Notes: generated by a model from the sequence alone, not told the origin. DNA of 64,000 bases from Candidatus Humimicrobiia bacterium (GCA_049647085.1 JBARXA010000018.1:25677-89676); one strand, 5' to 3'; positions 18,125 through 29,276 are shown, numbered from the stretch's first letter. Numbers and translations: made by a program.

Positions 18125-19546
18125 ATGAAGAAAATAGCAGCAATAGTTTTAGCAGCTGGTGAAGGCACAAGGATGAAATCAGAAAAGGCAAAGGTTCTGC
18201 ACCAAGTTTCAGGAGTGCCAATGATCTGCCATGTTGTAGATACATTGCTAGAATTAAAATTAGATAAAATTTATGTTGTCATAGGAAATCATGGTGAAGA
18301 AGTAACTAAGGCAATTTCTGACAGAAACTTGGATTTTATTTGGCAAAAAGAACAACTTGGAACTGGACATGCTGTCTCTCAAGTTAAAGATAAGTTAAAA
18401 AATTTTGATGGAACAGTACTGGTTCTTTGTGGAGATGTTCCATTAATAAGAAGTACAACTTTAAAAAAATTGCTGGATTTTCATATGACATCTGATTCAT
18501 ATTCTACTATACTAACGTTCTATCCAGAAAATTCAACAGGTTATGGGAGAATATTAAGGGATGATGAAGGAAATGTGATTGAAATAGTTGAAGAGTCAGA
18601 TGCCAATGAGGAGCAGTTAAAAATTAAGGAAGCAAATTCAGGAACATACTGCTTTAACTGGAAAAAGTTGTCTCAAGCTCTTGAATTATTAAATACAGAA
18701 AATGTTAAACGTGAACTTTATCTTACTGATGTTGTCAAAATATTTTCATCAAAGGGAGAAAAGATATCTGCGATAAATGTTGAGGTTTGGAAAGAAGTAA
18801 TAGGTATTAATAATAGAGAGGAATTGGCAAATGCGAATTATGAAATGAATAAAAGAATACTTAAGAAGTGGATGAACAGCGGTGTTACTATCATGGATCC
18901 AAATTCAACCTATATTCATAATCAAGTCAATATTGAAAATGATACTGTAATTTATCCGTTTACTTTTTTGGAAGGAAGCACTATTATTGGAAAGAATTGC
19001 GAGATTGGTCCTTCTACAAAACTGGTTAATTCAATTGTTGAAGATAATTCAAAAATTACTTATTCCATAGTTTTTGATTCAAAAATTAAAAAGGGTACAT
19101 TAGTTGGACCTTTTTCGCATATAAGACCTGGTACAGAGATTTCAGAAAATGCGAAAGTAGGCTCTTTTGTCGAGATTAAAAAATCTATTGTTGGAAAGGG
19201 AAGTAAAGTTCCACATCTGAGTTATATCGGTGATGCAGAGATTGGAGATAGAGTAAATATTGGAGCGGGAACTATTACTGTAAATTATGATGGATATAAA
19301 AAACATAAAACAAAAATTGGGGATGATGTTAATATAGGCTCAGATTCAATGTTAGTTGCACCTATAAAGATTGGGAAAGGGGTTATTACCGGAGCAGGAT
19401 CAGTTTTAACTAAAGATGTCCCACCAGATGCATTGGCTTTAGAAAGAGGAGAGCAGGTAATAAAAGAGGGTTGGGCAAAGAGAAAGAGAGAGTTAGAGAA
19501 AAAAAGGCAATTAAAGAAAAAAGATAAAAGTAAGGAGGGAAGTTAA
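18125..19546 (+). CDS. glmU: bifunctional N-acetylglucosamine-1-phosphate uridyltransferase / glucosamine-1-phosphate acetyltransferase
   Basis: AIVLAAGEGTRMKS is followed by left-handed beta-helix hexapeptide repeats. There is a basic K/R-rich C-terminal tail. Confidence 0.9.
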   Translation: MKKIAAIVLAAGEGTRMKSEKAKVLHQVSGVPMICHVVDTLLELKLDKIYVVIGNHGEEVTKAISDRNLDFIWQKEQLGTGHAVSQVKDKLKNFDGTVLVLCGDVPLIRSTTLKKLLDFHMTSDSYSTILTFYPENSTGYGRILRDDEGNVIEIVEESDANEEQLKIKEANSGTYCFNWKKLSQALELLNTENVKRELYLTDVVKIFSSKGEKISAINVEVWKEVIGINNREELANANYEMNKRILKKWMNSGVTIMDPNSTYIHNQVNIENDTVIYPFTFLEGSTIIGKNCEIGPSTKLVNSIVEDNSKITYSIVFDSKIKKGTLVGPFSHIRPGTEISENAKVGSFVEIKKSIVGKGSKVPHLSYIGDAEIGDRVNIGAGTITVNYDGYKKHKTKIGDDVNIGSDSMLVAPIKIGKGVITGAGSVLTKDVPPDALALERGEQVIKEGWAKRKRELEKKRQLKKKDKSKEGS

Positions 19547-19548
19547 TT

Positions 19549-20508
19549 TTGAAAGAAGTTGAAAAAAACCGGATGATGATATTTACAGGTTCATCAGTTC
19601 CTGAATTAGGAAAAAGAATAGCTGATAAATTAGGTATAAAGATTGGTAAAGTAGAGCTAACAACATTTTCTGATGGTGAGATATATGTCAGATATTTAGA
19701 GAGTATAAGAGGTGCTCATGTATTTCTGATTCAAACATGTAGTCATCCAGTAAATTATAATATTATGGAGATGCTCATAATGATTGATGCATTAAAAAGA
19801 GCATCAGCTAAGAAAATAACTGCTGTTATACCTTATATGGGATATTCAAGACAGGACAGAAAAGCAAGAGGTAGAGAACCTATATCAGCAAAATTGATAG
19901 CAGATCTATTATCAACAGCGGGAATAGATAGGATGATGACTATGGATCTACATGCTGGTCAAATACAGGGATTTTTTAATGTTCCCGTTGACCATCTTAC
20001 TGCAATACCCAAAATAATAGATTATATTAATGGAAAAAATATTAAAGATTTAGTTATAGTAGCTCCAGATTCTGGTAGAGTGGGAGTTGCAAGAAATGTG
20101 GCAAATAGGTGCAATGCTGATTTAGCAATATTGTATAAATCAAGACCGAAGCCAAATGTATCTGAAACCATAAATATTGTAGGAGATGTAAAGGATAAAA
20201 ATGTCTTTATAGTTGATGATTTAATTGATACAGCGGGAACTGTTTGTGAATCCGCTGAATTTATGAAAAGATTGGGAGCTAAAGAGGTGTTTGCTGCTTG
20301 CACTCACCCCGTTTTTTCAGAACCTGCTTATAAGAGATTAAGAGAAACACCTATAAGTGAAGTAGTTGTAACAGATACAATGCCAATAAAAAATGATTTA
20401 TTAAAGGATAAACTGGTAGTTATAACTATTGTAGATATCTTATCACAGGCTATAAAAAATGTATTTTATAATGAATCTGTAAGCGAGATATTCAGGGGAA
20501 GAATGTAA
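19549..20508 (+). CDS. prs: ribose-phosphate pyrophosphokinase
   Basis: MMIFTGSS...LA..IA..LG and the PRPP-binding motif VIVAPDSGRVGVARNVA...VDDLIDTAGT are present. Confidence 0.9.
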   Translation: MKEVEKNRMMIFTGSSVPELGKRIADKLGIKIGKVELTTFSDGEIYVRYLESIRGAHVFLIQTCSHPVNYNIMEMLIMIDALKRASAKKITAVIPYMGYSRQDRKARGREPISAKLIADLLSTAGIDRMMTMDLHAGQIQGFFNVPVDHLTAIPKIIDYINGKNIKDLVIVAPDSGRVGVARNVANRCNADLAILYKSRPKPNVSETINIVGDVKDKNVFIVDDLIDTAGTVCESAEFMKRLGAKEVFAACTHPVFSEPAYKRLRETPISEVVVTDTMPIKNDLLKDKLVVITIVDILSQAIKNVFYNESVSEIFRGRM

Positions 20509-20542
20509 CCTATATTAAATTTGTTAGAGAGGTTGGTTTTTA

Positions 20543-21223
20543 ATGAAGATAAAAGTGAGTAAAAGGAAAGAGTTAGGAACAGGTCCTTCAAAGAGATTGA
20601 GAGCTGAAGGTGAAATTCCAGGTGTTGTTTATGGAAGTGATATGGAAACAATTCCTATAAAAATTGATGCTACCCACTTAAAAGAGATTTTTAAAGAACA
20701 GGAAAGTGGGGAAAAGGTAATGGAACTCTCGATAAAAGGTGATAGAAAAAAGAAAAATTATAATGTAATGATTAAAGATGTACATAAACACTACATTACA
20801 AGGGATGTTCTTAATATAGATTTTCATTCTATTTCATTAAAAGAGAAAGTGCATGCTTCAATCCCTATTATTTTTACAGGAGAACCTATTGGTGTAAAGG
20901 AGGAAGAGGGGACTGTAGGGTACCATTTAAGACACATTGATGTTGAGTGTCTACCAAAAGATCTTCCAGAACATTTTGAAGTAAGCATTGAAGATTTAAA
21001 AATAGGGGATGTATTAAGAGTTTCTGATATTAAATATTCAGGAGAAATAAAGATACTTGTAGATCCTAATGATGTTATATTATCTGTTAGTGCTCCGAGG
21101 ATGGAAGTTGAGGAAGAAGTAGTAGAAGAGGAAGAGGAATTTATTGAAACTGAGGAGAAGGAGCCAGAAGTAATTGGTGAAAAGGAAAAAGAAAAGGAAA
21201 AAGTAAGGAAAGAAGAGAAGTAA
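20543..21223 (+). CDS. ctc: 50S ribosomal protein L25 / general stress protein Ctc, with acidic-lysine-rich C-terminal tail
   Basis: The L25/Ctc N-terminal and beta-barrel domains are present. The tail is EEEVVEEEEEFIETEEKEPEVIGEKEKEKEKVRKEEK. Confidence 0.8.
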   Translation: MKIKVSKRKELGTGPSKRLRAEGEIPGVVYGSDMETIPIKIDATHLKEIFKEQESGEKVMELSIKGDRKKKNYNVMIKDVHKHYITRDVLNIDFHSISLKEKVHASIPIIFTGEPIGVKEEEGTVGYHLRHIDVECLPKDLPEHFEVSIEDLKIGDVLRVSDIKYSGEIKILVDPNDVILSVSAPRMEVEEEVVEEEEEFIETEEKEPEVIGEKEKEKEKVRKEEK

Positions 21224-21259
21224 ATACCAAATCAAAGGGAAATTAAAAATTAAAATAGG

Positions 21260-21880
21260 ATGATTTTAAGATTTAAAAATATAATTTGTAAAAAAAGAAC
21301 CTATCATAAAGATAAAGTAAATGTGAAAGTTATAGTGGGATTGGGAAATCCCAGAGAGCAGCATAGGGGAAATAGACATAATGTTGGGTTTATGATATGT
21401 GAGGAAATTCTGAAAGAATTAGGCAATCCCAAAATTAAATTAAAGTTTAATGGAGAGATATCCGAAACAAATTATAAGAATAAAGAAATTTTAATTGTTA
21501 AACCACTTACTTATATGAATGAAAGTGGAAAATGTATAAAAGAAATTGTTAGCAATTATTCAGTATCATTAGATAATCTTCTTGTGATTCACGATGACTT
21601 GGATCTTGATTTTATTAAAATAAAATTTAAAAGAGGTGGTGGCCCTGCTGGACATAAAGGAGTTGCATCTATAATTGAAAAACTAAAAGATAATAATTTT
21701 TGTCGGTTAAGATTTGGGATAGGAAGACCCTCTGAGGGTATAGACCCTGTTGAATATGTTTTGGAGGATTTCATGGAAAAAGAATTCAAATTAATAAAAG
21801 AGAACAAAGAGAATATAGCAAAGGCAATTCTAGACTATATTGAATTTGATATAAAATATGTTATGAGTAAATATAATTAA
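21260..21880 (+). CDS. pth: peptidyl-tRNA hydrolase
   Basis: VIVGLGNPREQHRGNRHNVGFM...IHDDLDL are present. The true start may be the internal GTG before KVIVGLGNP. Confidence 0.85.
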   Translation: MILRFKNIICKKRTYHKDKVNVKVIVGLGNPREQHRGNRHNVGFMICEEILKELGNPKIKLKFNGEISETNYKNKEILIVKPLTYMNESGKCIKEIVSNYSVSLDNLLVIHDDLDLDFIKIKFKRGGGPAGHKGVASIIEKLKDNNFCRLRFGIGRPSEGIDPVEYVLEDFMEKEFKLIKENKENIAKAILDYIEFDIKYVMSKYN

Positions 21881-21958
21881 AACTATTTTTGTCAGAAGGT
21901 GTTTCATAAGATAAGAATTTATATATTTTAAATATAAAAATTAAGAAAAATATATATA

Positions 21959-21999
21959 CCAGGAAAGATAGGCCTATTAAATTATTTCCTGGTATTTTC
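21959..21999 (+). terminator. rho-independent terminator after pth
   Basis: CCAGGAAA-n-TTTCCTGG is an 8-bp stem with an 18-nt loop, followed by TATTTTCGG. Confidence 0.5.
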
Positions 22000-22112
22000 G
22001 GCATTTCAAAAACTTCCAAATTTGAGAAATTTGCAAAAAAAGCAAAAAACTTAGTTTAGAAATTTTATAAAAAAAGATAAAAATTTTTTAATTATCAAAT
22101 TTAGAGACAAAA

Positions 22113-25100
22113 ATGAAACTTGATTTTATTTGTGAAAAAATAACTTCTACTCCTAAATGGAGAAAGTTAATAGAATATATTAATAAAAATATCGAAAACA
22201 TAAGAACTTCAGAAGTAGAAAAAATCTCAAGCATAGAAGCAGTTGAAGATTTCTGGTCGTGTCTTATAAGCTGTTTATATCTTCATCTTAAAAAACCATT
22301 TATAGTTGTGACCCCAACTTGGGATAAGGCAGTACAACTTGCAGAGGATATAAAATGTTATGTTGATGATGAGTATGTTAATCTATTTCCTCCTCGTGAA
22401 AATTTACCTCATGAAAGACTTTCCCCAAGTAAAGTTACATCGGGGATGAGATTAAAAACTCTTAATTTACTTCAGAAATTAAGAAAGATTATAGTTATAA
22501 CCTCCGCTAATGCAGTATTGGATAAAATAGCACCAGTTCGAGCAGGTGTTCACTTACCATTGACTGTAAAAGTTGGCAGTAAAATTTCATATGAAGATAT
22601 TCTTAAAAATATCTCATATATGGATTACACGAGAGAGAATAAAACATATTTTCCTGGGCATTTTAGCGTGAGGGGAGGAATTTTAGATATTTTTGATGTA
22701 ACGAGTGAATATCCTTTTAGAATAGAATTTTTTGGTGATAATGTAGAATCCATTCGAGCATTTAGTACAGTCACTCAGAGGTCTTTATATGAATTAGAAA
22801 AAATAGATATTTATTCATCAAGGGAACTATTAATAGGAGAGAAACAGGATGAGCAGGTTATAAAATCAATATATTCTGATTTTAAAAATAAAGAATATGA
22901 ACATATCATGAAATCAATAGATTCTGATTACCCAATGTATTATGAAGGCATTGAATCAGACATTGCAAAGTATTATGAAAATACACAGAGTTTTTTTGAT
23001 TATATAAAACCAAAGTCGATTTTATTATTTTGTGATCAAACCGCATTTGATTTAAGGTTGAAGCAATTAGTAAAGCAAGTTTTATACAGTCTTAATTTAG
23101 AAGATGATAATGAAAAAAATAATTATATCTCTAAGACACTTATAGATCCGAAAAAATATTTATATGATATAAAAAATCCAATTATCAGATTAGATGCTAT
23201 AAGAACCTTTTCTGATTCCTTCTCTTATGAAGTAAAAAAGCAAAGAGAAGCGAGTGGTGATAGACATAAGTTTTTAAGAAATTTAAGAACTGATGCAAAA
23301 AATTTAGTGCAGGGCGTAATCTGTCTCATGTCTATCACAAGGGTTAATAGATTAAAGGATATACTTGATGAGGAAGGGGTTCCCCACAGGTTTTATCAGA
23401 AAATAAAACCGGAATTTATCCCGGGTGTACCCGCTATAATTACCTCACCCATATCAATTGGGTTCATTGATGAACAATCAAGGATCTCATTATACAGTCA
23501 GTCAGATTTATTTGCGAAAAGAATAAGACATACACCTATTTATAAGTTAAAGGAAGCTGTTCCTGTAATAAGACCTACAGACTTAAATCCAGGCAACTAT
23601 ATAGTTCACAATGTTCATGGTATTGGAATATATTCAGGGATGGTTAAAGAAGAAATAGATGGAGTAATAAGAGACTATTTTCTCTTAAAATATGCTGGTG
23701 TAGATAGATTATATGTGCCAACTTCTCAAATTGACAAGATTCACAAATATATTGGTCAGGAAAATCCTCCAATATATAGGCTGGGATCAACAAAGTGGAC
23801 CAAGGTTAAGAAAAAGGTTAAACAATCCACAAAAGAAATTGCTAAAGAGCTCCTGCAGCTTTATGCAGAGAGACAGCAAATGGAAGGTTTTGCATTTCCA
23901 GCTGATACCCCGTGGCAAAGAGAAGTTGAGGAACAGTTTCCATTTGAGGAAACAGCAGATCAAATTAAAACTGTAAATGAGGTTAAAAAAGCTATGGAAA
24001 ATCCAAAGCCAATGGATAGATTAGTTTGTGGAGATGTTGGATATGGAAAAACAGAAGTTGCTATAAGAGCTGCGTTTAAAGCTGTTTTGGGTGGAAAACA
24101 GGTTGTTATGTTAGTTCCTACTACAATTTTAGCTCAGCAACATTATCATACATTCTCTACAAGGTTTAAAAATTATCCAGTAAAGGTGAGAATATTAAGT
24201 AGATTCTTAACTTCAAAGGAACAGAAAAAAGTTATAAAGGAACTCAAGGAAGGAACTGCAGATATAGCAATAGGAACTCATAGGTTATTACAAAAAGATA
24301 TAAAGATAAAAGATTTAGGTTTGATAATAGTTGATGAGGAACAAAGATTTGGAGTAGAGCATAAAGAAAAGTTAAAAATCTTAAGAAAGAAGGTAGATGT
24401 CTTAACGTTATCAGCAACACCTATTCCAAGAACTCTATACATGTCTTTAATCGGTGTAAGAGATATGAGTGTAATTGATACACCACCGCAGGATAGGTTA
24501 TCAATTGAGACCATCGTTGGAGAAATGAATTACAATTTGATAAAAGATGCTATTGAATTTGAGCTGGGAAGAGGAGGTCAAATATTTTATGTTCACAATA
24601 GAGTTAAAACTATTGAAAGGGTAGCAGAAAGAATAAGAACTTTAATCCCAAAAGCTCGGATCGTTATTGCTCACGGTCAGATGAAAGAAGAAAAACTGGA
24701 AAAAGTTATGATAGATTTTGTTGATGGAAATTATGACATACTGGTATGCACAACAATTGTTGAATCTGGATTAGATATTCCAACAGTTAACACAATGATT
24801 ATTGAAGATGCAGACCAATTAGGACTTTCTCAACTATACCAACTTAGGGGAAGAGTTGGAAGGGGAGATAAAAAAGCATATGCTTACTTTTATTACAATG
24901 ATAAGAGATTATTAACTCCAGAAGCTTATAAAAGATTACATGCACTCAGGGAATTTTCTCAACTTGGTTCTGGATTTAATTTAGCTATGAGAGATTTGGA
25001 GATAAGAGGAGCAGGTGAGATATTAGGACCAAAACAACATGGACATATGTTTTCTGTTGGATTTGAGCTCTACTGTCAGCTTATTAGAGAAGCCATTGAA

Positions 25101-25574
25101 GAGATGAAAGGGGAGAAGAAGGAAAAAATTCCTGAAATAACAATAGAAATTCCTGTTTCAGCATTCATACCTAAGGATTACATAAGCGTTGATTCTCTAA
25201 GAATAGAGGCATATAGGGAAATAAAATCTGCTAATACAATAGATGAAATAAGCGACTTGATTGATAGTTTTATTGATAGATATGGTTTAGTACCAAAACC
25301 TTTAGAAAATCTTATAGAAATTGCTAAATTAAAGATTCTTATGAGAAAAGTGGGAATTTTTAAAGCAATTTTAATTGGTAAATATGACATTATATTTTTT
25401 CCTGTTAAATTAAGCACGTATCAGCAAAATGAGTTAATGAAGAAATTTCCACAAGTAAGATTTTCTACCTCTTCTAAATCTTTAAAGGTAAAAGGAAAAA
25501 ATACCTTTCCAAAAATAAAAATTCTGCAGGAATTGTTAAAAGAAACAATTGATTTAAAATATAATAATAAATAA
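22113..25574 (+). CDS. mfd: transcription-repair coupling factor
   Basis: The 1153-aa protein has a UvrB-homology N-terminus and a RecG-like SF2 helicase with GDVGYGKTEVA and DEEQRFGV. The TRG motif and C-terminal domain are present. Confidence 0.9.
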   Translation: MKLDFICEKITSTPKWRKLIEYINKNIENIRTSEVEKISSIEAVEDFWSCLISCLYLHLKKPFIVVTPTWDKAVQLAEDIKCYVDDEYVNLFPPRENLPHERLSPSKVTSGMRLKTLNLLQKLRKIIVITSANAVLDKIAPVRAGVHLPLTVKVGSKISYEDILKNISYMDYTRENKTYFPGHFSVRGGILDIFDVTSEYPFRIEFFGDNVESIRAFSTVTQRSLYELEKIDIYSSRELLIGEKQDEQVIKSIYSDFKNKEYEHIMKSIDSDYPMYYEGIESDIAKYYENTQSFFDYIKPKSILLFCDQTAFDLRLKQLVKQVLYSLNLEDDNEKNNYISKTLIDPKKYLYDIKNPIIRLDAIRTFSDSFSYEVKKQREASGDRHKFLRNLRTDAKNLVQGVICLMSITRVNRLKDILDEEGVPHRFYQKIKPEFIPGVPAIITSPISIGFIDEQSRISLYSQSDLFAKRIRHTPIYKLKEAVPVIRPTDLNPGNYIVHNVHGIGIYSGMVKEEIDGVIRDYFLLKYAGVDRLYVPTSQIDKIHKYIGQENPPIYRLGSTKWTKVKKKVKQSTKEIAKELLQLYAERQQMEGFAFPADTPWQREVEEQFPFEETADQIKTVNEVKKAMENPKPMDRLVCGDVGYGKTEVAIRAAFKAVLGGKQVVMLVPTTILAQQHYHTFSTRFKNYPVKVRILSRFLTSKEQKKVIKELKEGTADIAIGTHRLLQKDIKIKDLGLIIVDEEQRFGVEHKEKLKILRKKVDVLTLSATPIPRTLYMSLIGVRDMSVIDTPPQDRLSIETIVGEMNYNLIKDAIEFELGRGGQIFYVHNRVKTIERVAERIRTLIPKARIVIAHGQMKEEKLEKVMIDFVDGNYDILVCTTIVESGLDIPTVNTMIIEDADQLGLSQLYQLRGRVGRGDKKAYAYFYYNDKRLLTPEAYKRLHALREFSQLGSGFNLAMRDLEIRGAGEILGPKQHGHMFSVGFELYCQLIREAIEEMKGEKKEKIPEITIEIPVSAFIPKDYISVDSLRIEAYREIKSANTIDEISDLIDSFIDRYGLVPKPLENLIEIAKLKILMRKVGIFKAILIGKYDIIFFPVKLSTYQQNELMKKFPQVRFSTSSKSLKVKGKNTFPKIKILQELLKETIDLKYNNK

Positions 25575-25731
25575 CCTAATATTATTATAAATACGATATA
25601 TTAAAATAGTTTAAAACTTACCCAATTAATAAGAAAGTTGGGACTGACTCAGAAAATTTTATAATTTATTTATTGTTAAAAGAAAATTTTAGTAACTAAA
25701 ACGATTTTTATTAATAGTATAATTTAGGAAA

Positions 25732-26556
25732 ATGAGATTAAAGAAGGATAAGAAATATACATTTAAAGATTTATTAGATATAATAACACATTTAAGAGGG
25801 CCAGATGGTTGCATATGGGACAGGGAGCAGACTTCGAAGTCTATAAAGAGAAATCTTATTGAAGAAGCATATGAAGCAGTAGAAGCTATTGAAAGAGATG
25901 ATAGTGAGAGTTTTAAAGAAGAACTTGGTGATATATTACTTCAGATTATTTTTCATGCTCAAATGGCAGCGGAAGAAGGAAAATTTAATATGAATGAAAT
26001 AATAAATCTACTGGCTCACAAACTTATTAGAAGACACCCACATGTATTTGGTGAGCTAAAACTTAAGTCATCTAAAGAGATTTTAAGAAATTGGGAGAAA
26101 ATAAAAGAGAAAGAAAAAGAAAAGAAGAAAAGGGTGGGAAAATCTTCGAAACTTTCTAAAACTAATACTAAATTACCTGCATTGCAATATGCTCATCAAT
26201 TGCAGGTAAGAGCAGCAAGGGTAGGTTTTGATTGGGATAAAAAGGAGTTTTTAATACCAAAACTTAAGGAGGAAATTTCAGAATTAGAGAGGAGTTTAAG
26301 AGAGAAATCTAAAGATTTAGCTGATGAACTTGGAGATTTGTTATTTACAATTGTAAATATTGCAAGAAGATACAGGATTGATTCAGAGGATGTTTTAAGA
26401 AAATCCTCAAAAAAGTTTAAGGATAGATTTGATATTATAAAAAAGTTAAGTAAAGAGCAGGGAAACCAACTTGAAGAATTGTCATTGGATGAGAAGGAAG
26501 TTCTCTGGCGGAAAGCTAAAAAGATATTGGAATCTAAAAAAGGAGAAAATTTATGA
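25732..26556 (+). CDS. mazG: nucleoside triphosphate pyrophosphohydrolase MazG
   Basis: Tandem MazG domains carry EExxE/ELGD motifs (EEAYEAVEAIE, ELGDILLQII; second ELGDLLF). Confidence 0.8.
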   Translation: MRLKKDKKYTFKDLLDIITHLRGPDGCIWDREQTSKSIKRNLIEEAYEAVEAIERDDSESFKEELGDILLQIIFHAQMAAEEGKFNMNEIINLLAHKLIRRHPHVFGELKLKSSKEILRNWEKIKEKEKEKKKRVGKSSKLSKTNTKLPALQYAHQLQVRAARVGFDWDKKEFLIPKLKEEISELERSLREKSKDLADELGDLLFTIVNIARRYRIDSEDVLRKSSKKFKDRFDIIKKLSKEQGNQLEELSLDEKEVLWRKAKKILESKKGENL

Positions 26557-27965
26557 GAAGAACAAAAATAATGTGTACTATAGGTCCAGCAACAAGTAGT
26601 GAGAAAATGATAGAAGCACTAATTGATGAAGGCGTCGACATATTTCGATTAAACTTTGCTCATCGTAGTCAGGAAGAAATAAAAGAAAATATAGAAATAA
26701 TAAGGAAAGTTGCGAGTAAAAAAGAAACAGATGTAGCAATATGTGTGGATCTTCAGGGTCCAAAAATAAGGGGTTGCAAGGTAAAGGGAGATGGTATCTT
26801 TCTTAAAAAAGGAGAGACTTACTTTTTAACAGTAGATCCTTTTTTAGGTGATGAGAAAAAACTACAAATATCTTATAAGGGATTTATAAATGATGTTGAA
26901 CCCGGAACAAGGGTTCTCTTAGATGATGGTAGGATTGAACTTAATGTCATAAAAAAATATCCAAGTGAAGTTGAATGCAAAATAATAAATGGTGGAATTC
27001 TTCGATCAAATAAAGGAGTGAATCTTCCTGATATCACATTAAATCTTGATTCCTTTACCCCAAAGGATCATAACGATTTAATATTCATTCTTAATCAGGA
27101 TGTAGATTGGATTAGCATATCATTCGTTCGATCATCAAAAGATGTTGAGAAGGTTAGAGAAGTTATAGAAGACTTTGGTTCGAATGTGAAAGTGATCGCA
27201 AAGATAGAAAAACATGAAGCGATTACAAATATCGATTCTATAATAAAAGCTGCTCATGGGGTGATGGTTGCCAGAGGTGATTTGGGAGTTGAAATGCCAA
27301 TCGAAGATGTACCCAAATATCAAAAAATGATAATAAATCACAGCAACTTGGAGGGAAAACCTGTAATTATTGCCACTCAGATGTTAGAGTCTATGGTTGA
27401 AAATCCAAGACCAACAAGAGCTGAAGCCAGTGATGTTGCTAATGCTGTTTATGATGGAGCAAGTGTAGTTATGTTATCTGCTGAGACTGCAATTGGTAAA
27501 TATCCAGTGGAAAGTGTAATAATTATGTCAAAAATAATCAATAGTACTGAATCAATGATTGATTATGGTATAAAGATGATAGAAAAACTGAAGATCGGTT
27601 ATAAAAGCGTAACTGATTCTATAGCACTTGCTGCCTGTGAAATTGCAAAAAATCTTGATGCAGCTGTTATTATAACCTCAACTAAATCTGGTCATACTGC
27701 TCGTGAGATCTCCAAGAATCATCCACCAACTACAATTGTTGCTGTAAGCCCTGTTCAAAGAGTAGTTAATCAATTAAAATTATCATGGGGAGTTTACCCG
27801 ATTATATCAAAACATTCGAAAAATATAGATGAGATGATAGATAATGCAGTGAATCTTGCTTTAGAAAATGAATTTATTAGTAAAGGTGATGTTGTAGTAA
27901 TTACTGCAGGAGTATTGGTTGATCGGCCTGGTACTACAAATATGCTAAAAGTTCATATTGTTTGA
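26553..27965 (+). CDS. pyk: pyruvate kinase
   Basis: RRTKIMCTIGPA..., FRLNFAHRS and MVARGDLGVE are present. It overlaps mazG by 4 nt. Confidence 0.9.
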   Translation: MRRTKIMCTIGPATSSEKMIEALIDEGVDIFRLNFAHRSQEEIKENIEIIRKVASKKETDVAICVDLQGPKIRGCKVKGDGIFLKKGETYFLTVDPFLGDEKKLQISYKGFINDVEPGTRVLLDDGRIELNVIKKYPSEVECKIINGGILRSNKGVNLPDITLNLDSFTPKDHNDLIFILNQDVDWISISFVRSSKDVEKVREVIEDFGSNVKVIAKIEKHEAITNIDSIIKAAHGVMVARGDLGVEMPIEDVPKYQKMIINHSNLEGKPVIIATQMLESMVENPRPTRAEASDVANAVYDGASVVMLSAETAIGKYPVESVIIMSKIINSTESMIDYGIKMIEKLKIGYKSVTDSIALAACEIAKNLDAAVIITSTKSGHTAREISKNHPPTTIVAVSPVQRVVNQLKLSWGVYPIISKHSKNIDEMIDNAVNLALENEFISKGDVVVITAGVLVDRPGTTNMLKVHIV

Positions 27966-28061
27966 AATACAAATAAATATCAATAAAAAGAAGGAAATAT
28001 TATTTTTTGATTTAATATAGAATTGTAAGGAGTTTAAAATATTCTAAAAATCGGAGAGGAT

Positions 28062-28508
28062 TTGGCAAGAATAAATAAAGATAGATATCAAGAGAAAATT
28101 TCAAAAAGGATTAGGGAAAAAGAAAGAAGTAGAATAAAGAGATTGATTACTCCAACTGTAATACTAGCAATATTGTTTGTCATTGTATTTTTAGTTATTA
28201 ACACACCAACTGCTAATGAAATTTTAAAACAGAGAGAAGAGATGGAACTACTTAAGAATGAATTAGAACAAGCCAAAATGATAAACAAAGAACTCGAAAA
28301 AAAGATAGAAAAGATTAGCTCACCAGAATATATAGAGGAAGAAGCGAGAAGGAAGTTTGGACTTGTTAAGGAGGATCAAACCGCTTATGCAGTTGTAAAT
28401 GAGTCTCCAGAAAATGAAGATGAATCTGGAAATGGGCAAGCAAAGTTTGGTATAAGTTATCAATTTTGGGAGAATTTTGCTAAAAGCTACTGGTCCCTCA
28501 AACATTAA
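28062..28508 (+). CDS. septum formation initiator family protein (FtsB/DivIC-like)
   Basis: A single TM helix is followed by a coiled-coil (LKNELEQAKMINKELEKKIEKI) and SPEYIEEEARRKFGLVKEDQ. Confidence 0.6.
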   Translation: MARINKDRYQEKISKRIREKERSRIKRLITPTVILAILFVIVFLVINTPTANEILKQREEMELLKNELEQAKMINKELEKKIEKISSPEYIEEEARRKFGLVKEDQTAYAVVNESPENEDESGNGQAKFGISYQFWENFAKSYWSLKH

Positions 28509-28876
28509 TTACCAATATTAAATACTAACGAGAATAATACTTTAAATTCTATAAAAGCAAAGAGAATTCATTTTTTAAAAATCTATATAAAATATATTTA
28601 AAATATTTAATATTGCTTTTTTAATTGAAATAGTTTATAATGCAACGTATTTTATTTATATAATAAAAGTTTCATATAAAAAGGATTATATGAAATGGCT
28701 GGTTAAGTATTAAGGGAGTTGATAATAAAAATCAAATAAATCTTCTGTAAATTTTTTTAATGAAAGTTCTCTTGTGTTTAATTATTACTTTCACTGTGAA
28801 GTTTGAATTGCTATCTTGCATCTACTTCCAAAAGAAATGTTAATAGACTGAGAGAAATAAGTATAAGGAGGTTACT

Positions 28877-29146
28877 ATGCAAGGTAGTAAACTATATGTC
28901 GGAAATCTTAGCTATTCTGTAACTAGTGAAGAGCTAAAAGAATTGTTCTCCAAACATGGTGAGGTTAAGGAAGTCAATATAATTGAAGGTAAAGGTTTTG
29001 GATTTGTTGAAATGTCTAAACAAGAAGAAGCTGAAAAGGCAAAAGAAGCATTGAATGATAGTGATTTTAAAGGCCGTACCTTAAGAGTTGATGAAGCTCG
29101 ACCACCCAGAAGTAGAGAACAAAATAGAGGTTATCGAAGATATTAA
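28877..29146 (+). CDS. RRM-type RNA-binding protein
   Basis: RNP2 is KLYVGNLSY and RNP1 is KGFGFVEM. The Arg-rich tail is RSREQNRGYRRY. Confidence 0.75.
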   Translation: MQGSKLYVGNLSYSVTSEELKELFSKHGEVKEVNIIEGKGFGFVEMSKQEEAEKAKEALNDSDFKGRTLRVDEARPPRSREQNRGYRRY

Positions 29147-29214
29147 AATAATCGAAGTATAACCTATATCTAACAATAAATCTAATATAATAATTAACCA
29201 GCCAATCATATAAG

Positions 29215-29262
29215 ATTAAATAAAGAGTAAAGGTGCTTAGCACCTTTACTCTTTATTTTGTA
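29215..29262. terminator. bidirectional terminator between RRM gene (+) and carboxypeptidase gene (-)
   Basis: A perfect 15-bp palindrome AAAGAGTAAAGGTGC-tta-GCACCTTTACTCTTT is flanked by A/T tracts on both sides. Confidence 0.55.
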
Positions 29263-29276
29263 GACTACTTTCTAAC

